Source of the DNA: Gammaproteobacteria bacterium
Lineage (GTDB): Bacteria; Pseudomonadota; Gammaproteobacteria; Magnimaribacterales; TMED112
Direction: 5' to 3'
DNA length: 43,797 bases
Assembly: GCA_002692425.1 (NCBI GenBank)
Contig: NZKB01000009.1
Span: 1-43,797 of the forward strand
Shown here: one piece after another, positions 36,498 to 43,797 of the stretch
Layout of the letters: every line of letters begins with the position of its first letter
Numbering within the stretch: position 1 is the stretch's first letter
Made by a program: the position numbers and the translations under genes
Notes under the pieces: model-generated
Seen by the model: only the letters and a program-made list of their open reading frames with translations
Told to the model about the DNA's origin: nothing
The model's database searches: none

Positions 36498-39047
36498 GTG
36501 CAAGAGTTTGCTAAAGAAGTCCTTTCTGTTGACATTAAAGAAGAGTTAAAAAAGTCCTATTTGGACTACGCTATGAGTGTCATAGTTGGACGTGCTTTAC
36601 CTGATGCTCGAGATGGTATGAAACCAGTCCACAGGCGAATTTTATTTGCAATGCATAAGCTCTCTAATACCTATAATAAACCTAACAAGAAGTCAGCAAG
36701 AGTAGTGGGGGACGTTATTGGTAAATACCACCCACATGGCGATACAGCAGTTTATGACGCTATAGTACGTATGACACAGGACTTCTCTCTGAGATATCCA
36801 TTAATACAAGGTCAAGGAAATTTTGGAAGCATTGATGGGGACTCTGCTGCAGCGATGAGGTATACAGAGATCAGAATGCAAAAAATTACTGATCAAATAC
36901 TTGCAGATATAGAAAAAGAAACAGTAAGTTACTCGCCAAATTACGATGGAACTGAAGATATTCCTGACGTATTGCCAACTAGAATTCCAAATTTGTTGAT
37001 AAATGGCTCTTCAGGTATAGCAGTTGGTATGGCAACCAATATTCCACCTCATAATCTTAATGAAGTATTGGATGCATGTTTGCATATCTTAGATAATCCT
37101 GATACTTCAATTGATGATTTGTTAAAAATTGTCAAAGGACCAGATTTTCCACTAGGAGGAATAATTACAGGTATAGACGGGATTGAGCAAGCCTATAGAA
37201 CTGGTCAAGGAAAAGTTTATGTCAGAGGTAAAACTGCCATCGAAGAAATGAAAGGCGGTAAAGAAGCAATAATTATCACTGAAATACCATTCATGGTGAA
37301 TAAAGCAAGAATGCTCGAGAGAATTGCTGAACTCGTCAAAGAAAAGAAACTTGAAGGCATCGGTGAAATAAGAGACGAGTCAGATAAAGATGGAATGAGA
37401 GTAGTTGTGGAACTAAAAAAAGGAGAAGTGCCTGAAGTAGTTTTAAATAACCTCATCAAGCATTCTCAATTGGAGCAAGTTTTTGGTATTAATAACGTTG
37501 TTCTTGTTGACGGCAAACCACAATTATGCAATTTACAACAGCTGCTGAACATATTCTTAGACCATAGGAAAGATGTTATTACAAACCGATCTCTGTATGA
37601 ACTTCGCCAAGCGAAAGAAAGGGGACATATCGTTGAAGGTTTAATTGTTGCAATTGCCAACATTGATGAAATAATCGAAATAATAAAAAAATCAGAGAAT
37701 TCAAAAGTTGCTGCTGACAAACTGTGCGAACAAAATTGGTCTGCTTCAACTATTAAACCATTATTAGATAAAGTTGCTGATCCAGATATTTGTAAACCTG
37801 AAGGATTAGAGGATGGTTTCGGTCTAAATGGAGAGGAATATAAGCTTTCTCTTGTTCAAGCAAAGGCAATCTTAGAGTTAAGGCTTAGTAGACTTACAGC
37901 TCTTGAAACCGACAAATTAAATGAAGAATATGAAGAGCTTGTAAAGCAAATTAAAGAATTACAAGAAATTCTCTCTAATAAATCAAGACTCGTTGAAGTA
38001 GTGAAAGAAGAACTTAATGAAATTAAAGATAATTTTGGAGATGAAAGAAGAACAGAAATTATTGAGAGAAGATTAACTATAGATGATGCTGACTTAATTC
38101 CTGAAGAAGAGAGGGTATTTACTATTTCTAATAACGGATTTGTAAAGACACAACAGCTAGCCGAATATAGATCACAACGAAGGGGTGGTGTCGGAAAAAC
38201 TGCCTCTGCTTTGCGAGAAGAAGATTTTATAAAACAAGTATTAGTTCTTAATACACATGTGCAAGTGCTGTGTTTTACAACCAAAGGAAAAGTACATTGG
38301 TTAGAAATCTATAAGTTGCCTGTAATGTCTAGAACAGCAAAAGGAAGACCTATATCAAACGTCTTACCACTCGAAGAGGACGAAAAAGTAACTTCTTTCT
38401 TGCCAGTAGATGAGTATAAAGACGGCCATTTCATAATAATGGCGACAAAGAATGGAGTAGTTAAGAAAACTGCTTTAACAGCATTTCAAAAAAGGTATGC
38501 GCCAGGTTTAAGAGCGATAAATCTTGATGAAGGTGACAAATTAATTAGCACAATTATCACCGACGGTAAGGATGAAGTTTGTCTTGCTTCTGAAAGTGGA
38601 AAAGCTATCAGATTTAAAGAGTCTGATGTACGAGCAATGGGCAGATCTACCAGAGGTGTGAAAGGTATGAATATCGGTAAAACCGATAGAGTAATTTCTA
38701 TGATTAAAGTTATACCAGATGCAAAACTTTTGACTCTTAGTGAAAACGGATATGGTAAAAGGACTAATATCTCTGAATTCAGTGGACAAAAAAGAGGTGG
38801 CAAAGGGGTGATTGCTCTAAATACTTCAACCAGAAATGGAAAAATGGTAGCTGCAGTTCAAGTCTTAGACGGTGATGAAGTAATGCTTATAGGAAATAAA
38901 GGTACTATGATAAGAACAAAAGTTGATCAAATAAGTGTAATAGGTAGAAACACCCAAGGAGTGAAAGTAGTTACAACCAGAGAAGCAGAGATGCTTGTTG
39001 ATGCAGTAGGCTTCAAAGAAAGTCTTGATGAAGAAGAGAGTTCATAA
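36498..39047 (+). CDS. gyrA: DNA gyrase subunit A
   Basis: 849 aa with YLDYAMSVIVGRALPD, AAMRYTE (catalytic Tyr) and the GyrA box QRRGGVGK. It starts with GTG. Confidence 0.98.
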   Translation: MQEFAKEVLSVDIKEELKKSYLDYAMSVIVGRALPDARDGMKPVHRRILFAMHKLSNTYNKPNKKSARVVGDVIGKYHPHGDTAVYDAIVRMTQDFSLRYPLIQGQGNFGSIDGDSAAAMRYTEIRMQKITDQILADIEKETVSYSPNYDGTEDIPDVLPTRIPNLLINGSSGIAVGMATNIPPHNLNEVLDACLHILDNPDTSIDDLLKIVKGPDFPLGGIITGIDGIEQAYRTGQGKVYVRGKTAIEEMKGGKEAIIITEIPFMVNKARMLERIAELVKEKKLEGIGEIRDESDKDGMRVVVELKKGEVPEVVLNNLIKHSQLEQVFGINNVVLVDGKPQLCNLQQLLNIFLDHRKDVITNRSLYELRQAKERGHIVEGLIVAIANIDEIIEIIKKSENSKVAADKLCEQNWSASTIKPLLDKVADPDICKPEGLEDGFGLNGEEYKLSLVQAKAILELRLSRLTALETDKLNEEYEELVKQIKELQEILSNKSRLVEVVKEELNEIKDNFGDERRTEIIERRLTIDDADLIPEEERVFTISNNGFVKTQQLAEYRSQRRGGVGKTASALREEDFIKQVLVLNTHVQVLCFTTKGKVHWLEIYKLPVMSRTAKGRPISNVLPLEEDEKVTSFLPVDEYKDGHFIIMATKNGVVKKTALTAFQKRYAPGLRAINLDEGDKLISTIITDGKDEVCLASESGKAIRFKESDVRAMGRSTRGVKGMNIGKTDRVISMIKVIPDAKLLTLSENGYGKRTNISEFSGQKRGGKGVIALNTSTRNGKMVAAVQVLDGDEVMLIGNKGTMIRTKVDQISVIGRNTQGVKVVTTREAEMLVDAVGFKESLDEEESS

Positions 39048-40110
39048 TTTCAGTGCTGGTCCAGCCACATTGCCTGTTGAGATATTAGAAGCAGTTGAAT
39101 CTGAGTTGTATGATTATGAAGGAATCGGATCTTCCATAATTGAAATAAGTCATCGCGATCAAGTTTTTAAAGAAGTAGCCAATAAGGCTGAAATTGCAGT
39201 TAGAAAATTACTTTCTATATCTGAAGATTACGACGTAATATTTATGCAAGGCGGAGCAACTTTGCAATTCTCTCTTATACCGATGAACTTTGCTCATCTA
39301 GGTGATACAAGCAACTTTGCCGACGTAGGTTCATGGTCTGCCAAAGCAATTAAAGAAGCTTCAAAGATTTGTAATGTGAATACTTGCACATCATCCAAAG
39401 AAAATAATTATACGAACATTGACCGTATGTCAGACTGGAAGATTAAAGAGAATTCTGCACTTGTCCATTATTGTAAAAATGAAACCATTCAAGGTATTAG
39501 AATTACGGATGAACCTAAATTTTCTTCATACTCTTTTGTCGACATGTCTTCTTGTTTATTTTCAGAGAATATTGATGTTAATAAATACGATTTTATTTAT
39601 GCATGTGCACAAAAGAATTTTGGTCCTTCTGGAATAACTCTAGTCATTGCAAAAAAAGCCTTACTAGAGAGATCTAACCCCGATTTACCAAATATTCTGA
39701 AGTATGATGCGCATGCTAATGAAGGCTCCATGCTTAATACACCCAATACATTTGGTTGGTATGTAGCAGGTAAAATGTTTGATTGGTATTTAGCAAATGG
39801 GGGTGTAGCCAAAATGGAGAAACAAAGTGTAGCTAAAACAGCAATGCTGTACGATCTAATCGATAAATCAGATTTTTATGTAAATCCAGTAAATCCAGAA
39901 CAAAGATCTATCAATAATGTCGTATTCACCATTATAAATAGTGAGCTAGAAAAAGTTTTTTTAGAGGAAGCCGAAAAAGCTGATCTTAAATATTTGAAAG
40001 GCCATCGATCGGTTGGTGGAATGCGAGCAAGCATTTACAATTCAATGAAAATGGAATCGGTTTCCACTCTGAGAGATTTTATGGAAAATTTTGAGAAAAA
40101 TTATGGATGA
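39028..40110 (+). CDS. serC: 3-phosphoserine/phosphohydroxythreonine aminotransferase
   Basis: It has NFSAGPATLP at the N-terminus, the C-terminal GGMRASIYN and a QKN PLP-lysine region. The ATG at 39028 overlaps the gyrA 3' end by 20 nt. Confidence 0.95.
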   Translation: MKKRVHNFSAGPATLPVEILEAVESELYDYEGIGSSIIEISHRDQVFKEVANKAEIAVRKLLSISEDYDVIFMQGGATLQFSLIPMNFAHLGDTSNFADVGSWSAKAIKEASKICNVNTCTSSKENNYTNIDRMSDWKIKENSALVHYCKNETIQGIRITDEPKFSSYSFVDMSSCLFSENIDVNKYDFIYACAQKNFGPSGITLVIAKKALLERSNPDLPNILKYDAHANEGSMLNTPNTFGWYVAGKMFDWYLANGGVAKMEKQSVAKTAMLYDLIDKSDFYVNPVNPEQRSINNVVFTIINSELEKVFLEEAEKADLKYLKGHRSVGGMRASIYNSMKMESVSTLRDFMENFEKNYG

Positions 40111-40375
40111 TGAAAAAGCACTTTTATTCATAAGAGAAGAGATAGATACAATTGATTCAGAGATAATTGCTTTACTCGAATCTAGATTAAATCTCTCGCT
40201 TCAAATAGGTAAAGTTAAGAAAAATTTAGATAAAAATATGCATGATGATTCTAGAGAAGAAGAAATCTTAAAAAAGATTGAAGAACTTTCACTGCTGTAT
40301 CCTAAAGAGGATTTAAAGTCTATATTTGTCGAGATTATGAAAACATCACTTAACGCTCAGAAAAATAATGAGTAG
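40103..40375 (+). CDS. Monofunctional chorismate mutase (AroQ class)
   Basis: About 90 aa. LLFIREEIDTIDSEIIALLESRLNLSLQIGKVKK is the AroQ helix-1 signature (R..ID.iD..ll.Ll..R). The ATG at 40103 overlaps the serC stop (ATGGATGA). No prephenate dehydratase domain follows. Confidence 0.85.
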   Translation: MDDEKALLFIREEIDTIDSEIIALLESRLNLSLQIGKVKKNLDKNMHDDSREEEILKKIEELSLLYPKEDLKSIFVEIMKTSLNAQKNNE

Positions 40376-41090
40376 AGAAATTTTAATTGTAGGCTCAGGT
40401 TTTATGGGCACTTCAATGGCTCGTGCTTTAAAAAACTGTGATATTTCATGTTTGGAAACACATCAAGCTTATCTTGCAACTCTAGAAAACCTCAGTATAT
40501 ATAAAAATATCTTTTCAGATGTCTCAGATGTTGAAGGCAAGTTTGATTTGATAATTGTTTGCACAAGGCAAAAAGACGTTCTTGAGCATATTTCTTATTT
40601 TTCTACCAAATTTCCTGAAAGCCTTATTACTGATATTTCAAGTTCTAAAAACTTTTTGCAAGAGGCAGATTTACCCTCAAACTTTGTTTCATCTCACCCA
40701 ATTTGTGGAAGTCATAAAGTTGGACCTGAAGATGCAGAACCAGATTTATTTAAGGGAAAAGAAGTAATTATCATTGATAGTGCTCACCATGAAAATTTAG
40801 TTAAACTAGAATCATTTTGGAGCTCACTTGAAGCAAAAACTACCATAATGAATTTTTCAGAACATGATAAGAATTATGCTTTGCTCAGTCATTTTCCACA
40901 TTTATTTAGTTTCATTTATAGAGAAATACTTGATGAAGAAGATATAGATTATAAAAAATTCTCTGGGGATAGTCTTAAAGAAATACTGAGGCTATCAGAG
41001 TCAAATAAACACCTTTGGAGTGAAATATTTTTGGATAATAAAGACAATCTTGAATACATAAAAGAAAAGCTTAAGAAAAAACTATTGTGA
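40368..41090 (+). CDS. tyrA: Prephenate (or arogenate) dehydrogenase
   Basis: It has the Rossmann motif ILIVGSGFMGTSMA and the SSHPICGS catalytic His motif. Length is 240 aa. It sits between the chorismate mutase and aroA. Confidence 0.82.
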   Translation: MSREILIVGSGFMGTSMARALKNCDISCLETHQAYLATLENLSIYKNIFSDVSDVEGKFDLIIVCTRQKDVLEHISYFSTKFPESLITDISSSKNFLQEADLPSNFVSSHPICGSHKVGPEDAEPDLFKGKEVIIIDSAHHENLVKLESFWSSLEAKTTIMNFSEHDKNYALLSHFPHLFSFIYREILDEEDIDYKKFSGDSLKEILRLSESNKHLWSEIFLDNKDNLEYIKEKLKKKLL

Positions 41091-42268
41091 TTGAACTTCC
41101 GAAAGATAAATCTATTGCACAAAGATGCGCTGTTTTAAATTTAGATTTCGATGAAAATTTCATTGGTGAAGATGTAAAAAATACCCTTCATGCGGCAAAT
41201 CAATTTGCTGAATACGACAAAGATCTCACGCTTAATTTAGGTAACTCAGGCACAGGTATTCGTCTTTTGACAGGATACATTGCTGGATCAGGAAAAAAAT
41301 GTACTTTAATTGGCGACAAATCACTCTCTAATAGACCTATGCGAAGGATTTCTGACCCATTAAACACTTGGGGGGCAAAAATTTCTTTGAGAGAAAGTAA
41401 ATACCCACCAATAGAAATAGCTGAATCAAAATTACAATCAAAGTTTTCTTACGAATTAGAAATACCAAGTGCTCAAATTAAATCGTGTCTTCTACTAGCA
41501 GCTCTTTCGTCAAAAACTAAAATTGAAATAATCGAAAAAATTCCTTCAAGAGATCACACAGAGCGCTTATTGCAAGAATGTGATGCAGAAATTTTTAGAG
41601 TAGGGAATAAGATAATTTTTGATGGCGCTAAGGGAATAACGAAGAAATTTATTGATGTTCCCAAAGATTTTTCATCTGCTGCTTACCTTATTGCTGCAAA
41701 TATTCTTATGAAAAGAGATATTCCTTTGATAGGTATTGGAGTAAACAAAACAAGAACAGCTTTTTTAGACGTTTTGGAAGAAATGGGGGCAAAAATTGAG
41801 TTACATAATGATTGCATAATATCTAATGAGCAAAGAGCAGACATAACTGTCAGCTCAAATAAAAATTTAGAAGGGATTTCAATTTCAGGACAAAGAATTC
41901 CTAATTTAATAGATGAAATACCTTTGATTGCAATTATGGCAATGTTTGCAGAGGGTAAAACGATAATTAGGGATGCTAAAGAATTGAGATATAAAGAGTC
42001 TGACAGAATTAGTTTATTGCTGAATAACATGAAAAAATTTAATCCAAATATTGGTTTAGCAGAGTTTGAAGATGGTTTTGAAATTATCCCATCAAAAAAT
42101 CTTAATAATGATAGTGTAGATTTAGAGACAGGTGGTGATCATAGGATTATTATGAGTTTTGTGATTGCAGCACTTGTAACAGGAAAAAAAATTAATTTTG
42201 ACGAAACTGAATCAGTAGAAACATCTTTTCCTGGTTTCTTTGAGGTGATAAAAGCATGGTACCAATAG
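41087..42268 (+). CDS. aroA: 3-phosphoshikimate 1-carboxyvinyltransferase (EPSP synthase), class II-like, short form
   Basis: Motifs LPKDKSIAQR, LGNSGTGIRLLTG, SRDHTE, NKTRTA, LRYKESDR and DHRIIMSF match class II EPSPS landmarks. It is only 393 aa. The GTG start overlaps the tyrA TGA (GTGA). Confidence 0.9.
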   Translation: MIELPKDKSIAQRCAVLNLDFDENFIGEDVKNTLHAANQFAEYDKDLTLNLGNSGTGIRLLTGYIAGSGKKCTLIGDKSLSNRPMRRISDPLNTWGAKISLRESKYPPIEIAESKLQSKFSYELEIPSAQIKSCLLLAALSSKTKIEIIEKIPSRDHTERLLQECDAEIFRVGNKIIFDGAKGITKKFIDVPKDFSSAAYLIAANILMKRDIPLIGIGVNKTRTAFLDVLEEMGAKIELHNDCIISNEQRADITVSSNKNLEGISISGQRIPNLIDEIPLIAIMAMFAEGKTIIRDAKELRYKESDRISLLLNNMKKFNPNIGLAEFEDGFEIIPSKNLNNDSVDLETGGDHRIIMSFVIAALVTGKKINFDETESVETSFPGFFEVIKAWYQ

Positions 42269-42897
42269 TTACAATTGATGGGCCGTCTGGTTCTGGTAAA
42301 GGAACTATTTCAAAAGCCTTAGCAATTGACTTGAATTGGAACTACTTAGATAGCGGTCTGATATATAGATGTTATGCTTTTTTACATTCAATTGGAGTCT
42401 CAGATATAACGCAAGAGATAAACTATGTCAGCCATGAATATGATCTAGAACATGAAACTATTTCATACCGAAACAAGAATATCACCGATGTTATAAGAGG
42501 TACTGAAATAACCAAACTTTCATCAGAGCTATCTCAATTATTTGCGGTAAGAGGTAAATTAAAATTGATTCAAAAAACCTATCTAAAAGAACCAGGCTTA
42601 GTCGCTGAAGGGCGCGATATGTCATCAAAACTTTTTCCTGACTCGCGAGTGAAAATTTTTTTAACGGCAAATTTAGAAGAAAGAGTAAGGAGAAGAGCAA
42701 ATCAGTTGAGAAATGCTGGACAAAAGGTTAATATTTCCGAACTCAAAAATGAGATTGTGCTCAGAGATGATAGAGATATTAAAAGAACTCAATCACCACT
42801 AAAACAAACTGAGGATTCAATCTTCATTGACAGTTCAGAAAAGACTGTTGGAGAAATTACAAATTTAATAAAAAAATTAATTAATGAAAAATACTGA
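42256..42897 (+). CDS. cmk: Cytidylate kinase
   Basis: It has IVTIDGPSGSGKGTISKALA and EGRDM. Length is 213 aa. It occupies the canonical position before rpsA. Confidence 0.95.
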   Translation: MVPIVTIDGPSGSGKGTISKALAIDLNWNYLDSGLIYRCYAFLHSIGVSDITQEINYVSHEYDLEHETISYRNKNITDVIRGTEITKLSSELSQLFAVRGKLKLIQKTYLKEPGLVAEGRDMSSKLFPDSRVKIFLTANLEERVRRRANQLRNAGQKVNISELKNEIVLRDDRDIKRTQSPLKQTEDSIFIDSSEKTVGEITNLIKKLINEKY

Positions 42898-43797
42898 TAA
42901 CACATTACAAAATTTGCTCGATAAAAGTTTTAGCGAGTTTAATCTCGTACAAGGATCATTAGTTAAAGCTAATATTGTTGAAATTGGTAAGAAGTGGGTC
43001 ACTCTTGATATCGGCTTTAAATCAGATGGACTTGTATCTATTGAAGAATTTCAAGATCACGCAAGTAAAATAGTAGTTGAAGTAGGTGATGAGGTTGAGG
43101 TCATACTTGATGCACTCGATGACGGGTATGGTGAGATCAGACTCTCTAGAGATAAAGCAAGAAAACAAGAAACTTGGGATAACTTGGAGACTGCCCACAG
43201 CGACGGAGTGTATGTCGAAGGGAAAGTTGTGAATAAAGTTAAAGGTGGCTTTACGGTATTCGTTGATGTCGTCAAAGCATTTTTGCCTGGTTCACTAATC
43301 GATCCAAAAGGAGGAAAAGATTACCCGGACCTAACAGGTCAAACTCTTGATTTCAAAGTAATGAAATTCGATAAAAAAAGATCAAACATTGTTCTATCTA
43401 GAAAAGCTGTATTGCAAGAGCAAAATTCTGAAGAAAGAGAAAGGTTGTTAGGAATCATCAAAGAAGGTGAAAAAATTGAGGGTAAAATTAAAAACTTAAC
43501 TGACTATGGTGCTTTTGTAGATTTGGGCGGCCTAGATGGCTTGCTTCACATCACAGATTTGTCATGGAAGAGAGTTATGCATCCAAAAGAAGTACTTAAC
43601 GTAGGTGAAAAAATGAAATTTATGGTTCTTTCCTTTGACCAAGAAAAGATGAGAGTTTCTTTAGGTTTAAAACAACTTTCTGAAGATCCATGGAAAGGCA
43701 TTGAAAGTAAGTACCATGTCGGCCAAATTGTGAATGGAGAAGTTGCTCTTACTACAGATTATGGATGTTTTGTGAAACTTGATGATGATATTGAGGG
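42884..43797 (+). CDS. rpsA: 30S ribosomal protein S1 (5' part; runs off the window end)
   Basis: This ORF is not in the ORF track because no stop is reached. The ATG at 42884 opens MKNTDNTLQNLLDKSFSEFNLVQGSLVKANIVEIGKKWVTLDIGFKSDGLVSIEEF. Further S1 repeats follow (GKIKNLTDYGAFVDLGGLDGLLHITDLSW). It overlaps the cmk 3' end by 14 nt. Confidence 0.95.
   Translation, partial: MKNTDNTLQNLLDKSFSEFNLVQGSLVKANIVEIGKKWVTLDIGFKSDGLVSIEEFQDHASKIVVEVGDEVEVILDALDDGYGEIRLSRDKARKQETWDNLETAHSDGVYVEGKVVNKVKGGFTVFVDVVKAFLPGSLIDPKGGKDYPDLTGQTLDFKVMKFDKKRSNIVLSRKAVLQEQNSEERERLLGIIKEGEKIEGKIKNLTDYGAFVDLGGLDGLLHITDLSWKRVMHPKEVLNVGEKMKFMVLSFDQEKMRVSLGLKQLSEDPWKGIESKYHVGQIVNGEVALTTDYGCFVKLDDDIE

Noticed and set aside
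36741-36758. The gyrA quinolone-resistance-determining region reads HPHGDTAVYDAIV, with Thr at the E. coli Ser83 position.
   Set aside because: Thr at this position is the wild-type residue in Pseudomonas and many other gammaproteobacteria, and Asp87 is unchanged. This is not evidence of a resistance mutation.
37856-38284. The ORF track lists many antisense ORFs inside well-supported genes. Examples are 37856-38284, 37466-37720, 38486-38803 and 37217-37459 opposite gyrA, and 35642-36007 opposite pntB. Others are 41683-42030 opposite aroA, 5441-5746 opposite hflC and 4429-4716 opposite hflK. Further examples are 34060-34317 and 33655-33921 opposite pntAA, and 16907-17185.
   Set aside because: Their products are Ser/Leu/Phe/Ile-rich low-complexity strings. 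That is what results from reading the reverse complement of Glu/Lys/Asn/Asp-rich AT-biased coding sequence. Each lies wholly inside a gene with strong motif support, and none has a recognisable start context or motif.
1-43797. I searched by eye for tRNA/rRNA genes, CRISPR repeats, IS/transposase or integrase genes, long direct or inverted DNA repeats, and known defence or toxin-antitoxin genes.
   Set aside because: None was found. Non-coding DNA totals only about 370 nt, every long ORF has a housekeeping-type assignment or is listed above, and no repeated DNA segment was noticed. A computational repeat and tRNA scan would be needed to be certain.

Overview
This 43.8-kb window is AT-rich (by eye, not computed) and almost gap-free. 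It looks like core chromosome, not an accessory island. Gene content and local synteny match a gammaproteobacterium with Pseudomonas-like gene order: glyA-nrdR-ribD...ribH-nusB, xseB-ispA-dxs, ubiG-HAD-SDR, and gyrA-serC-CM-tyrA-aroA-cmk-rpsA. Packing is extreme, as in streamlined marine plankton; a SAR86-like assignment is my inference only. I call 46 protein genes: LPS core/lipid A, miaA, hflKC, purA, proC, riboflavin genes, glyA, nth, one TonB-dependent receptor, a thiolase, thiL, isoprenoid genes, an RND pump, DAHP synthase, scpAB, rluB, pntAA/AB/B, gyrA, an aromatic amino acid cluster, cmk and rpsA. There is also one clear intrinsic terminator and three short divergent control regions. 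I see no tRNA/rRNA, CRISPR, IS element, integrase, phage or recognisable defence genes, and I cannot point to a convincing new multi-gene system. The observations most worth a second look are listed here. (1) A protein with two tandem DnaT-like domains abuts an MFP-RND pump that sits inside an anabolic gene string. (2) The TonB receptor carries a 144-residue lysine-free Ala/Gly-rich insert. (3) A small DUF2693-like protein and a secreted EEP nuclease/phosphatase are appended to the ubiG operon. (4) The riboflavin gene is a RibBX-type variant. (5) hfq-hflX are cleanly absent from their canonical slot. (6) lpxL and waaA have start codons back to back. (7) A terminator hairpin sequesters the ribosome-binding site of the next ORF. 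All family assignments come from motif recognition by eye, not database searches.
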